Below are positions 21,764 to 34,715 of a stretch of 64,000 nt of DNA, one piece after another. Location of the stretch: the NCBI RefSeq assembly GCF_902713615.1, contig NC_052151.1:220746863-220810862 (forward strand), read 5' to 3'. The translations under genes and the position numbers were made by a program. This stretch comes from Scyliorhinus canicula (Eukaryota). Under the pieces are notes generated by a model. The model was given only the letters and a program-made list of their open reading frames with translations, did no database searches and was not told the DNA's origin. Every line of letters starts with the position of its first letter. The first letter of the stretch is position 1.

Positions 21764-22536
21764 GGACGAGGGGCCCATGGCAAGGAGACACGTCATGCCG
21801 ACGGGGGGGGTGGGGAGGGGCGAGGCAAAGCCAGCCCCCTCCCCCCTGGCAGAAACACCCAGAACGGAAAACAACCCAATGCCCTAGGGCCCGCTCCAGG
21901 TGGGAGGCCAGGCCCCGGCACGAGGGAACGGGAGTACTGGAGAGGGGAGAGGGGAAGCGGGACAGCAACCTCCGAGAGGGGAGCCACCGTGCTAGCAGGA
22001 AAGCTAGCGAAGGGGGCGCGCAACAGAGCAGGGCCGCAGCGCACCCCCAACAGGGGGGAAGGCGCCAGGCAGGGGAGGGGGGGGATCACCCATCAAAGGT
22101 GGGAGAGCAAATGGGGACAGGAATGGGGGAGAGAGGGGCAATGGAGGGGTACACAGGGGTATCCCCGAAAGGGATAGAGCGGGGGGGGGGGCACCCGGGG
22201 GGCGAGAGACCAGGGAGGGGAAACGCAGGGACGAAGGGACAAAAGAGGCCAGTAAGGGAATAGGGCCACAAAGTGCCACAGACAAGGGCTCGAAACAGGG
22301 AACTGCTGCAAGCACCCACCCAGTACGGTCTGTGGGTGAAGGGGCCCCCCGGAGTGCAGGGGACTACCCGCGTGGCGGATACAAAGTGGACGGCCATGGC
22401 GGGTGTCCCCGGGACAAGGGGGAACCCCGGAGCGCAGGGACCCGACCGCATGGGGAGAGCAGTGATAGTGGACATCCTGGACGGCCCCCTAACATAGGGA
22501 AACCCCAGAGGGCAGGGGCGCGTCCACCGGACAAAT

Positions 22537-25500
22537 ATGGTTAACCCCACAGGAGCAAGGGGGCAGAAGCCCCCCACCAGAATAGTCACCTGGAACGTAA
22601 GGGGACTTAACGGCCCAGTGAAGAGATCTAGAGTCCTCACCCACCTTAGAAACAAGAGGGCCGACATAGTCTTCCTCCAAGAGACGCACTTGAGGGAGCA
22701 GGACCAACTGCGGGTAAGAAAGGGCTGGGTGGGACAAACCTATCATTCCTGTTATGGGGCAAGGGCCAGGGGGGTGGCGATCCTGATTGGCAAGAGGACA
22801 ATGTTTAGGGCGACAAAGACGGTTACGGACCCAGGGGGACGGTATGTCATGGTCAGCGGGGCCCTGGATGGGGCGCCGGTAGTTCTAGTTAACGTGTACG
22901 CGCCCAACTGGGACGACACGAGCTTCATCCAAAAGACCATGGCAGAAATCCCGGACATAGCGACGCACCGACTAATCATGGGGGGGGACTTCAACTGTGT
23001 ACAGGACCCAACGACGGACAGATCAAACCCCAGAACGGGGAAAACCTCAAACATGGCAAGGGAACTCAGCCACTATATGGAGCAGATGGGAGCAGTAGAC
23101 CCCTGGAGATTCGCCCACCCGGGGGAGAAAGAATTCTCTTTCTTCTCCCCAGTACACAACGTGTACACCAGAATTGACTTCTTTGTGGTGGGGAAAACGG
23201 TGCTTCCAGAGATAGACAAGGTGGAATACTCCGCAATTGTGATATCAGACCATGCTCCACACTACATGGATGTGCGGCTAGAGACGGGAAGGGCCCAGCG
23301 CCCCAAATGGAGGTTGGACGGTGCCTTACTAGCTGACAAGGCCTTCAGCGAAAGGATAGCGCAGGCCATAGCGGAGTACACTGAGATCAACCAAAACGGG
23401 GAGGTCTCACCCTCCACGTTCTGGGAAGCGCTTAAGGCCGTACTAAGAGGGGAAATCATAGCCTACAAAGCGCAAAGAGATAGGGAGGAAAGGGTGGCTA
23501 GGCAGAAGCTGGTCGACTCCATACTGGAGGTAGACCATAAATACTCCGAGGCCCCGACTGTAGAACTCCTGGCGGAGAGAAAAGAATTACAAAGGAACTT
23601 TGACCTGCTCTCCACCAGGAAAGCAGTACACCAACTCCGCCAGGCACGCGGGGCCCTATACGAACACGGAGACAAAGCCAGCCGCCTGTTGGCCCACCAG
23701 CTGAGAAAGCAGGCAGCCAGCAGAGAAATTGCGCAAATCAGAGATACCAGAGGCACGTTGGAAACAGAACCAGAGAAGATTAACAAAACCTTCAAGGCCT
23801 TCTACCAAGAGCTGTACACCTCAGAGCCCCCAACGGGGAAGGCTGGGATGAACCGGTTTCTTGACGGACTGAACATACCAGTTGTGGGAGAGGGCAGAAA
23901 ACGGGATCTGGAAGCACCACTAGCACTGGGAGAGATCATGGAGAGCATTAGCTCCATGCAGGCGGGGAAGGCGCCGGGACCGGACGGATTCCCGGCGGAC
24001 TTCTACAAAAAATTTGCGACAGCGCTGGCCCCGCACATGCGGGAGATGTTCACAGACTCGCTAGCTAGGGGCACGTTGCCACCCACGTTAGCACAGGCCT
24101 CAATCTCGCTGATACCTAAGAAAGACAAAGACCCAACGGAATGTGGGTCATACAGACCCATATCTCTGCTGAATGCAGACGCCAAAATACTGGCCAAAAT
24201 CCTAGCCAAAAGGCTAGAAGACTGTGTACCTGAGGTGGTCACAGAGGACCAGACGGGCTTTGTCAAAGGTAGACAGCTGACCGCGAACATCAGGCGCCTG
24301 CTGAACGTGATAATGACCCCCTCCGGGGAGAGAACACAAGAGGTGATCGTCTCCCTGGACGCAGAAAAGGCCTTCGACAGAGTCGAATGGATATACCTCA
24401 TAGAGGTACTGGAGCGGTTCGGGCTTGGAACAGGGTTCACAGCTTGGGTAAAGCTCCTGTACAACGCTCCCATGGCGAGTGTACAGACCAACAATACCAA
24501 CTCCCAATACTTCCAGCTGCACAGGGGCACCAGACAAGGATGCCCACTGTCCCCGCTGCTGTTCGCACTAGCAATCGAACCGCTAGCAATCGCGCTCAGG
24601 GCAGCAAAAAATTGGAGGGGGATCCGAAGGGGAGGTAGAGAGCACAGAGTCTCACTCTATGCGGATGATCTGCTCCTCTATATCTCGGACCCACAAAGCA
24701 GCATGGACGGAATCATCGCGCTCCTGAAAGAGTTTGGAGCCTTCTCGGGCTACAAACTCAACATGAGCAAAAGTGAGATCTTCCCATTACACCCGCAAGG
24801 GGGGGGGGGGGGCAGCACTAAAGGGGCTGCCGTTCAAACAAGCCCGACATAAATTCCGCTACCTCGGGATCCAAATAGCCCATGACTGGAAAGGGATCCA
24901 CAAATGGAACCTCACCAGCCTGACGGAGGAAGTTAAAAAGGACCTGCAAAGATGGAACACACTCCCGCTCTCCCTCGCGGGGAGAGTTCAGACGATCAAA
25001 ATGAACGTACTGCCCAGGTTCCTCTTCCTGTTTAGATCCATTCCGATCTACATCCCCAAGGCCTTTTTCAAAGCGCTGGACAAACTCATCATGGCGTTCG
25101 TATGGGGGGGTAAAAATGCTAGGATCCCAAAGAAGGTCTTACAAAAAACAAAAACCAGGGGAGGGTTAGCCCTCCCGAATCTACAATTCTACCACTGGGC
25201 AGCAACAGCCGAGCGAGTAAGGGGATGGATCCAGGAGCCAGAAGCTGAGTGGGTGCGTGCGGAGGAGGCCTCCTGCATGGGAACCTCCCTCCGGGCCCTC
25301 GCCATGGCAGCACTCCCATCCCCACCCAAAAAACACTCCAGCAGCCCAGTGGTGACAGCCACCCTCCAATCCTGGAACCAACTGCGGCAGCAACTTGGCC
25401 TGACCAAAATGTCGAACAGGGCTCCCATCTGCAACAACCATAGGTTCAAACCAGCACTGACCGACGCCACCTTCAAAAGGTGGAGGCAGGACGGGGGGAC

Positions 25501-26365
25501 ACTGACAGTCAGGGACCTATACACGGACGACAGGATCGCAACACTGGACGAACTGACAGAGAAATTTCAGCTAGCTGGGGGGAACGAGCTACGGTACCTG
25601 CAGCTCAAAAACTTCCTACGAAAGGAGACAACGACGTACCCACAACCGCCACGACAGACACTACTGGAAGACCTACTGGACGCAAGTATCCTAGAGAAAG
25701 GGAACTGTAGTGACATGTATGACCGACTGGTAGATAGGGACGACACCGTACTGGACGCAACAAGGAGGAAATGGGAGGACGACCTGGGGATGGAGATCGG
25801 GTGGGGACTCTGGAGCGAAGCACTGCATAGGGTCAACTCCACCTCCACGTGCGCAAGGCTCAGCCTGACGCAACTAAAAGTGGTACATAGAGCCCACTTA
25901 ACAAGAACCCGTATGAGTAGGTTCTTCCCGGAGGTGGAAGACAGATGTGAACGGTGCCAAAGAGGCCCGGCCAACCACGCCCACATGTTCTGGTCCTGCC
26001 CCAGACTCGTGGAGTACTGGACAGCCTTCTTCGAGGTAATGTCCAAAGTGGTGGGAGTGAGGGTGGAGCCATGCCCGATAGTGGCGGTCTTCGGGGTTTC
26101 AGAACAGCCAGATCTATTCCTGGGGAGGAGGGTGGATGCCCTTGCCTTTGCCTCCCTGATCGCCCGCCGTAGAATCCTGTTTGGCTGGCGGTCAGCAGCA
26201 CCGCCCAGAGCTGCGGACTGGCTGTCCGACCTCTCGGAATCTCTCCAAATGGAGAAAATCAAATTTGCCATCCGAGGGTCGGACGACGGCTTCCACAGAA
26301 CGTGGGAGCCATTCATGCAACTGTTCCGGGACCTATTTGTGGCCAATGTACAAGAGGAAGAATAG
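22537..26365 (+). CDS. L1 ORF2p (APE endonuclease, RT, CCHC); about 1,275 aa if one G is removed from the G14 run at 24799-24812
   Basis: EN: VTWNVRGLN, LQETH, NVYAPN, GGDFN, RIDFF, SDHAP. RT: KAPGPDG, YRPISLLN, DAEKAFD, RQGCPLSP, YADD. C-terminal CERC..HAHMFWSC. Only lesion seen is a +1 shift in a G homopolymer. Confidence 0.92.
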
Positions 26366-27819
26366 TCGGGGGAAGGTAGCGGGAGGGGGGGGGGGGGCTA
26401 CAGGTTCGTTACGGGGGTTCGATGGCTAGCTAAGGCCCAAAACCAAGCTAAATAAACATGTTGAGGGGGGGAGGGGGGGGGGGCGCAGTTACTACTACGA
26501 AGATGCTTACCTGTAAATATGTATGTTAATTTTTGCGTGTTTGTTTTTGTTTGTTTTTTTTTTTTTTCTCTCTCCTAACAATTTGTAATTTGTTCAATAT
26601 AAAATACGAAAACTGAATAAAAACATTTATAAAAAAAAAATGTTTACAATTGGCGAAACGTTGTCAGACATGCCACTCCCTGAAACCAAGTGACACTTGC
26701 GGCAGAAAATAACTTCCGTGGACATCTCATCAATCCCAGTTTATTATTACACTGTGAGTCATCTGGCCTGATTGAAATTATATCTCTCACACCATGGTTT
26801 CCACACTCCACTTTCGAAGCACATGCTTAGCATCCTTTCCAAAGCACACATTCTCTGGATGAAATGATCAAGAAACCACTTTCAGGATGTCCGTTTCTAA
26901 TTTCAGTATTCCTCTCGCCTGGATTACATTTTAAATCGAAGCTTCCACACAATCTGGCAGCTAGCAACGAAGCCAACAGAGCAGTGTTACCAACCATAGG
27001 AGCAACTCGGATTCCTGGCCACTCGATAGCTTGCTAGCACTTGCAGACTTGCCTTTCACAGGGACACTCTCTCGCGGCTCTTGTTTACACGAAGCAAAAC
27101 CCTTTCAAAGTATATCTGTAATCTGTTCCTTTAATTTGCCGTTTTATTCCAATGTCTGATTCTTGAGCCTCTGGGAGCTGTGACCTGTCCATCTGTATTC
27201 TGCGGCCTTTTATGGCAGTGCTTAAAAGTCTCTTGCTGCTGGTTCCAACTGAAGTTAAATGTCTCTTAGATTTAGAGTGGCCGTTTCGTCCCAAGGGACA
27301 GGTTAGCCGATAATTGATTTAGGCCGCAGATATAACTCAGATATAACAATGCACACAAAGTACAAAGTGAAACTCAAACCTTCATATGTGTTGACTTCTT
27401 TACTAAACACTGAGCTAAACGTTTTAGCTCTTTCTGAGCACATACATAGAGAAAAAACATACAATACAAATAAAAGTTTATTACACGATCTCTATTTGCT
27501 AGTGGACGCTGAGAGGTTGCTTTCTAATATTTGAGAGGTTGGAGCTGGTGAGAAAATTTTATAAAGTAGACGTTTGCCATATCGAACTGAAATCAGGATT
27601 TCATTACTCTCTGAGAGTCGTGAATCTGTGGAGTTCGCTGACAGAGACAATGGTGAAGGGCAGGGTTACTGAATATTTTTAAGCCAAAGGCAGGCATATT
27701 TTTCACTAGCATAGAGTTTTATTTATCGGAGCTGGTGGCGAATGTGGTGTTGAGGCCACAATCGGAACACTCTGGTTTTGTTGAATGGCAAAATAGGTTC
27801 CCGAAGCCAAATGGAGAGG

Positions 27820-27990
27820 CGTTGTGTGCTTGGTTTAGCACACTGGGCTAAATCGCTGGCTTTTCAAGCAGGCCAGCAGCACGGTTCGATTCCCGTACCA
27901 GCCGGAATATGGCGACTAGGGGCTTTCCAACATCACTTCATTTGAAACCTACTCGTGACAATAAGCGATTTTCATTTCATTTCATCCCTT
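27820..27990 (+). mobile_element. tRNA-derived SINE, second family
   Basis: ggtttagcacactgggctaaatcgctggct..ggttcgattcccg..ggcgactaggg..acaataagcgattttcatttcatttc. Confidence 0.75.
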
Positions 27991-28329
27991 CGAAACAATC
28001 GTCCCCTTTTCTTAAATCTATGCGCCCTGGTCAATGATCACCACCACGGGCAAGGTTTCTTCCTCTCTGATCTATCTATGCCCCCCATCATTTTTACTTC
28101 ACAAACATTCTCGCCCTCCACTCAGTTTATTCTGCTCCACGGAATATATTACCAGATCTACTCTCATTAGGATATATCCGCGCTCACATTTATGTGGATT
28201 CCAGAACTGCGAACTAATGTCCAGCATTATCGTAACCAATATTCCATACCCTTCCAACAGAACCTTGGTGCTCTTAAACTCAATGCTTCGACTAATAAAG
28301 GCAACTTTATTGTATGCTGTTTTCCCCAT

Positions 28330-29280
28330 TTATTTCCAATTAAGGGGCCTTTTAGCGTGGGCATTCCGCCTGTCCAGCAAATCGTTGGGTTGTGGGGCTG
28401 AGGCCCGGGAAGAATGTGCAAAGTCCACACGGACAGTTATCAGGATCCGGGATGAAACCGGGTGATCGGAGCTGTGAGGCAGCAGTGCTAACCACTGCAC
28501 CACCGTTATGCCCTATCATATGCTTTCTGCACCACTTCATCCACACGTCCTGCAACCATAAACGGTGGTGTACATCCAAACCAAGGTACTTCTGATCCTC
28601 GATGCGGCCCAGGATCCCGCCATTCATCCTGTATTCCCTGAGCTTGTTTGTCCTGCCAAGTGCATCACCTCATATTTAGCCGGATTGAATTCTATTTCCC
28701 ACTGACGTGCCCATCTGACCAACACATCATACCCTCCTGTAATCTAAAGCGATCCTCCTCATTATTTACCACCACACCAATATTCTTATTGTCCCTAAAA
28801 TTACTGATTAATCGTCCTAAATTCTTCCACCTACCTCCTGACATACTTCCTCCAACATTCAAGTCCAATTCATTGATACATGCATAGGCCACAGAACTGA
28901 CACCTGTGCGCCATCCCTGGGCACAGGGCTGGTAGGGTACTGTAGGAACGATAGAAGCGGGTTCGCTATCAAAGAAGCAACAGTGCAGAGGCGGCCATTT
29001 GGCCCATTGCGTGTGCACCTGCCCCTGGAAAGAGCCAGTGCAAACTTAAGTTTACGCCTCCATCCCAAAACCAGACCTCACCCTCTTTTTTGGATCGGAA
29101 GGGGAATTAAGCATGCCAATCCACCTAACCTGCACATCATTTAGCTGTGGGAGGAAATGGGAGCACGTGGAGGGAACCCAAGCGCACATGGGGAGACTCC
29201 GCCCAGAAGGTGATCCAAGCCAGAATCGAATCTGGGACCCTGGAGCTGTGAAGCCACAGTGCTAACCACTGTGCCCCGCT
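28330..29280 (-). mobile_element. Cluster of two degenerate V-SINEs (28330-28510, 28960-29280) and a CR1 fragment (28500-28890)
   Basis: SINE heads gtgctaaccactg; CR1 motif KYLGLDVH..VVNNEEDRFRLQE..W on minus. Confidence 0.6.
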
Positions 29281-29284
29281 TAAA

Positions 29285-30850
29285 ACGAACCTTAGCGACT
29301 GCACCGGCTCCGTTCGTCCCTGGTCCATATTTACCCTGTGCTTTAGAGGGAGCTGCTACTGACCGTACACTTTCAGTTGTATTATTCCAGGAACGACATG
29401 GCAGGCTAGGTCCCGTGGCAAGTGCCTCCCGAGTTTTAAATCCCGCAGAGCAAGGCATCTCTGGCTGCGAACGAACTTGCTACCTGTATTCTGGAGCACT
29501 CTGCCTATATTACTGGACTCAATCCAGTTATCTTTCTTACCGAACACACTCCAACAGAATTTGTCTTAGACGGTAGACTGAAAGACCGGTGAGTAAGTCA
29601 GGTCCGTGCTGCACATTGGACCGACAGGGTAGGGATATTTCAGTTGAACGAACTGAGGTCCCCACATTTCTGGCCGAAAATATGCAGTACGGGGTGCCCC
29701 ACGAGTGCGAGATTGTAGCGACTAAACATCCTCCAGGCCCGTTTATTCCCAAACGGCTAGAGTGATAGGTACCTGACAAAGGTACAGAGACCATGCCCTA
29801 CGAATTGATGTGGACGGTTCATCCTCAATAGAGAACCGTAATAAAATAACTGGTTGTGTGATTCATTAGCCGTTAGAGGAAATAGCTCTCAGCTATTGAG
29901 ATCTTAGTGGACGCCTTAGTGTCACAAGCAACCGAGATAGGTGCAGTAGCCTATGTGGTTACCAACCTCCATTCGTTTCCCACTCCAGCCAACATACAGT
30001 CTGATAGCATGTATGTCTGTAACAGCCTTACAGAATACCTTCTGCTCCAACAATCCCGAGGTTTCGTCTCTGCGGACGGCATACCTCTATCAACTGCCCA
30101 TTGTTCAAATATACATTACAAGAGGCTGCTGGTCGCACATAGGCATTGTTAAAGTCAAGGCTCACCGCCGCACCTCCCCACCCAATAACAGCAAGGCTGT
30201 TGCCTTAGCGTTTCCCAGACCAATATTGCTGACTTAACCTAGCACAGCGTGCTTACAAAGCTCTCAAAACAGCCTGGACGGTACATAGCTGGCAAGTACG
30301 GCAAGTGGAGATAAACTCGATATCAGGGATGAACTGATTTTAAAAGATGGCAATAGTGGTCGCCACTCAGCATTGGAATCATGCTTATTTACCAGGTGGA
30401 CGGCGGACAGGGACACTAAGGCACAGATGTCACATGTGATCACCTTAAGGCGCTCTTGTGGCGTCAGGAACTTCGGTACGATGACATGCATTATGTTGAA
30501 AATTGCCTAATCTGCCCCAGAATATCACCGACAGATATTTCACGAAGGGAGAATTGCCCCGTGGAAAGGCCATGGACGAATCTCCAGGTGGACTATATCG
30601 GCCCGCTCATGTGTTAGTAGTTATTGATACCTTCAATAATTGGGTTGAAGCATTCCCGACCCACTCCAACACAACACAAGGTCAACACAAAAATCTGACC
30701 CAACAAATCTTTATGCCATGCGGTCGTCCCCGCAGTACAGAGTCCGACCAGGGAAGACATTTTACGTGGCACGTGATGCAAAACTTTATGGCCTTGTGTA
30801 AGATTAAATAAAAGTTCCAAATTTCATGCCACCCCAGTCCACTGAAAATA
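29285..30850 (+). mobile_element. Decayed retroviral-type pol fragment: tether RNase H-like domain, RNase H, integrase
   Basis: ASRVLNPAEQG..CER (tether); VDGSS..SDSMYVCNSLTEYL..RGFVSADG..KVKAH (RNase H); PWTNLQVDYIGPL, VIDTFNNWVEAFP, ESDQGRHFT (integrase); multiple stops and frameshifts. Confidence 0.75.
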
Positions 30851-31829
30851 CAAATACCGGACTCCCAGCTTGTTGTCCAGCCCAGATCAAGAGATTATAT
30901 AATCGACCGACTAAAATATTGTCAAAAGGTAAGGAATGACAGGTAAGAGGAGAAATGTACACAACAGGAATGACTAATATTAATTATTTAAACTTGAAGA
31001 ATCTGGAAGAACAAATAACAGTTTAACAAGCCAAGTGAAAATATGTTGGATAAATGAATCAAAAATGTTCAACAAAATATCTGAGGAAATGAAAAAAAAC
31101 AATCGAGGCATGTTAGATACTGTGAAAATACATAAACGACATGGGAAAACAATTAATTAGATGATAAAAGGGAAAGCTAATGATTGAGAATTAGATTCAA
31201 ATTACTTGCAGAATTTATAGAAAATGGATGATCCAGCACGTGAGGGTAAACCTGGAAGGAATTAATAAAGTATTAGTATGGAACGGGAACTAAATTTCAT
31301 TTAATTTGAAATGCTTTAAACAAATTCGAATCGTGCTAGAATTCTAAACGGTTGTGGTTGAGTTTGAAAAAAACTACGAGAACAAATTCAAACTGTGAAA
31401 CCTGTACAAAAGAAAAGATAAATGGCAGAAATCCAATTTGATTCTTCCAAAACATGTGTGATATAAAAATGTAGAGTGACCATTTAAAACCCGTTTCAAC
31501 AAATTTATTTTGTAACTTTCGTTGAGAAGCAGAACATGCGAATGTAAAATGGGTTATAAAAGGATCGACAAAAGACATAGAATTCGAGAAACGTTGAAGG
31601 AACAGAACAAAAACGTTTTTAATTTACTGAAAGGATCGCAATGCCGTTCTCCGCCACATTAGGTTTTATCGGAAAATTAACCATTTCACCAGACAGCTCT
31701 TTGTCCCAAATCGACCGTAAAATCATGTATCGATGATTACGTATATGTCTATGTTAATTTATATGAGATCTAATTGTGAATTTGTGAGATTTCAATTCAG
31801 GCCTTCAGTAACTGTCGATGTAGAGTTTG

Positions 31830-32060
31830 CATTTTCTCCTGGTGTCTGCCTGGGTTTCTCCGGGTGCTCCCGTTTCCAGCCACAGTCCAAAGATGTACAA
31901 ATTAGGTGGAATGGCGATGGTAAATTGCCCCTGACAGTGCACCGGTTAGGTGGGGTACGCATTTTTTCAGGACGTGAATCTGGGTAGTGCTCCTTCAAAG
32001 GCTCAGTAAAAACTCGTTCTACCGAATGTCCTCCTTCTGCACTGCAGAGATTCTATGACG
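31830..32060 (+). mobile_element. Degenerate V-SINE copy
   Basis: ctgggtttctccgggtgctcc..cacagtccaaagatgt..aggtgga..cttctgcactg. Confidence 0.65.
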
Positions 32061-32469
32061 ATGCTGCACAAATGTCAGCAAGTCAACAACATTTTAATCT
32101 GTCTATCTCTGTCTCTATCCAATATTCCCCTCTGATCAAGCAAATGTGGCTTTAAGGCAAATGGATACAACTTGTACCCCAGAATTCATAATCCTAAAAA
32201 CAACGATGCCAAGGGTTGCACATGTGGGTAACGGAGCATACTGTGTTGCAATCTCTGAGAAGATACTGGCATGGGACCAGCATGTGCCCGTTTGATAAAC
32301 CCACACTTCCATAAAACCCCCAGGTTTCAACTGGAATTCGGAAAATTGAGTTAGTTGATAATTATAAACGAAAACAAGAGCGATATTAAATCTGAACGAA
32401 AGGATTATTGGGACAAATGCATGACAAATACACAACTGTTGCTAGAAACATTTAGAAATATTTTTAAAG

Positions 32470-33371
32470 CCCCGTTTACATACTCATATGAGTGAGGACG
32501 CAGTCTCCCTATGGGACCTGGCACCCGCCGGATCCCGGCCACCCCCACCCCCCACTGGCGCCATCCCCTCATACCAGCCTCCCCCAACCCCAACTGCCCC
32601 CGGAAGGCGCCCCCCTGCACCACCGACTCCCTTACCCGCGCTGCCCAGAGGATCGGACGCCCCTTCCCCGGCACGGCCCTCGTCAGCTCTACTAGGGGTA
32701 CGGATGCAGCCACAAGGACCGGATTACCACTCCCGGAGTCATGGACGCCCGCAACTCCAACGTCTCCAGCGAAGCTCCGCAGATCGCAGAGGACGTCCGA
32801 GGCCCCTGACCGGATGATCGAGTCGACATAAACTGTTGATGGACACTTTTGTTTTTGATTGCTCTCTTTCGTCTTTTTTTTCTCTCAAACCTGTATATAG
32901 TTACTGTGTTCTGACACAAACCTGTACATAGTTTTCGGGCCAGTGGGCAGCCACCGTTGGATAGGAATGATCCGCTTTACTAGTCATACTACCAGTCTCA
33001 TACACACTCGCACGGGACACCCCCCCCCCCCCATGTCCTCCCCCCCCCCCCCGCTACACACGCCCCCCCTCTCTCCGGTTCCCTTCTCAACAAGGAGTGA
33101 ATGTGGTAGTATGATTAGGGGTATTACGGTACCTGGGAGTGGGAGCTTCCATTGATGCCGAGGGCTCGCTGCCCTATGGCCCAAGTATCGTGTTCTCTGT
33201 ATGTTCATTGGTGAAGAGGAAGGTAGCTCCGCCTAAGAGGCGGGGTATAATAAGCCGTGTTCCCCAGCAGCCAGGCCATTTCTGTACTCCTGCTGCCGGG
33301 CTCACTTCTTGTTGATTAAAGCCTTTCAATTCGGACTTCACCTCCGTTTCGTGTTCATTGATTGTGCATCA
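32470..33371 (+). mobile_element. 3' end of an LTR retrotransposon with LTR 33102-33371
   Basis: Pro-rich internal end, purine tract aaggagtgaa, then TGtggtagt...gcatCA containing ggggtataataag (TATA) and attaaa; same architecture as the 18-kb LTR. Confidence 0.6.
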
Positions 33372-33399
33372 CTGACCTCTCGGAATTTCGCCACCTTTA

Positions 33400-34015
33400 G
33401 AAGATCAAGTATACCATCCGAGGCTCGGGGGAAAGACTCCTTATTGCATGGGGGCAGTGTGTTGGCCTATTCCAGACTCTGTTCCATGGGGCCTGTTCCA
33501 GAACCTGTTCAGGCCAGCAAAAACTAAAAAGATGAAGGAACGGGAAATTTTGAATGAAAAGGGAAAGGAGAAATAAAAATAAAGACGGGTGGAAATCACA
33601 GGAAGCTCCAAACAGGGGAGAGGGGGTGGGGGGGGGGGGGGGGAGTGAAGAGGAGAAAAGGCTGGAAGTACACAAAAGGGTCAACATGGGACGGAGGATA
33701 ACACCTCCCCAATCATGGTTGAAGCACAGCTAAAGTTGACTGGGGAAGAAAATAAATGGGGGGGAGGGGATAGAAAGGGCGAGGGACCCCTAAACCGTTC
33801 TGGGTGGACACAAGGAGGGGGGAGGGGGGCCAGGACGGGGCAGGCTTGGGGGCGGGAGGGTCGACACGTTGAGCCAGAGGGCGGCAGAATGTAAATACGG
33901 GAAATTAAGGAAAGGAAAATACTACCTTTCTGTATTGTGCAGTGAATAAACACGACCAACAATGTACATAACTGTTCATACATTTTGAGAATGTCAATCA
34001 AAAGATTTTTTTTAA
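33400..34015 (+). mobile_element. 5'-truncated L1 3' fragment
   Basis: ccatccgaggctcggg.. parallels the end of ORF2 of the intact L1 (gccatccgagggtcgg); G-rich 3'UTR and A/T-rich tail. Confidence 0.55.
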
Positions 34016-34715
34016 ACTAGCAAGAGATTTGAAGTAAGGATAACCGTTTTTCTAATAAAGGTGTTGCTGCAGAATGGGGATGAGAAAATTGTCAGCCATG
34101 ATTGAATGGCGGTGCGGACTCGATGGGCCGAGTTGCCTAATTCTGCTCCTACGTCTTTTGGTCTTATGGTCTGAAAACAAGTAGAGGTCAGTGAGCTGAG
34201 GTAATGAGTGGTGAATTTGACTCAATATGAGGTAAGTCATAGATTTTGCTGATGGCGAGTTTATTGAGGGTGGAAAATGGGAGCGCAGACAGAATTCCTT
34301 TGGAATCCTCGTGTTCTGAGAAAACAGTGGAATGGGTGATGGTTTGAAAAGCTGCTAGGCTGACACAGGATGATTATCAGGTGACGTTATGGAGGTGAAT
34401 AAAAGCTGAATGTCCACTTGCCAATAAATCAGCGCTCACCTCGCTTAAAGAAATGGGGCATTGCTCTTCACCTGGTAATCTTGTGAAATCTCCTGACCAC
34501 AGGAAACGGGAAACTTCAACCGCCCTCTTTTCCCCACAATATTCAAGTTCACCATTACTAAATATATAAAATGTATCTATAAATAGATCGATGGACGATC
34601 GCCCTGCCTGTGTTATTGGCTGTTTGAGGTTTTAGAATCCTCCAGCCTCTTTCTGTTCCTTCCTACGGTGGTCCCCTCCTGCTCTATAGATTCGATCATT
34701 GAGCTGCTTTAAATG

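Larger units (their letters stand above)
19561..26640 (+). mobile_element. Full-length L1-clade non-LTR retrotransposon (7,080 bp) with poly(A) and TSD (A)TGTTTACAATTGGCG
   Basis: Identical 15-bp TSD at 19546-19560 and 26641-26655 (16 bp counting the shared A); CpG-rich 5'UTR, ORF1, 773-bp spacer, ORF2, AATAAA and A-tail at ~26616-26640. Confidence 0.95.

Noticed and set aside
25567-26346. 259-aa antisense ORF (also 24003-24530)
   Set aside because: Shadow frames of L1 ORF2 with no recognisable domain
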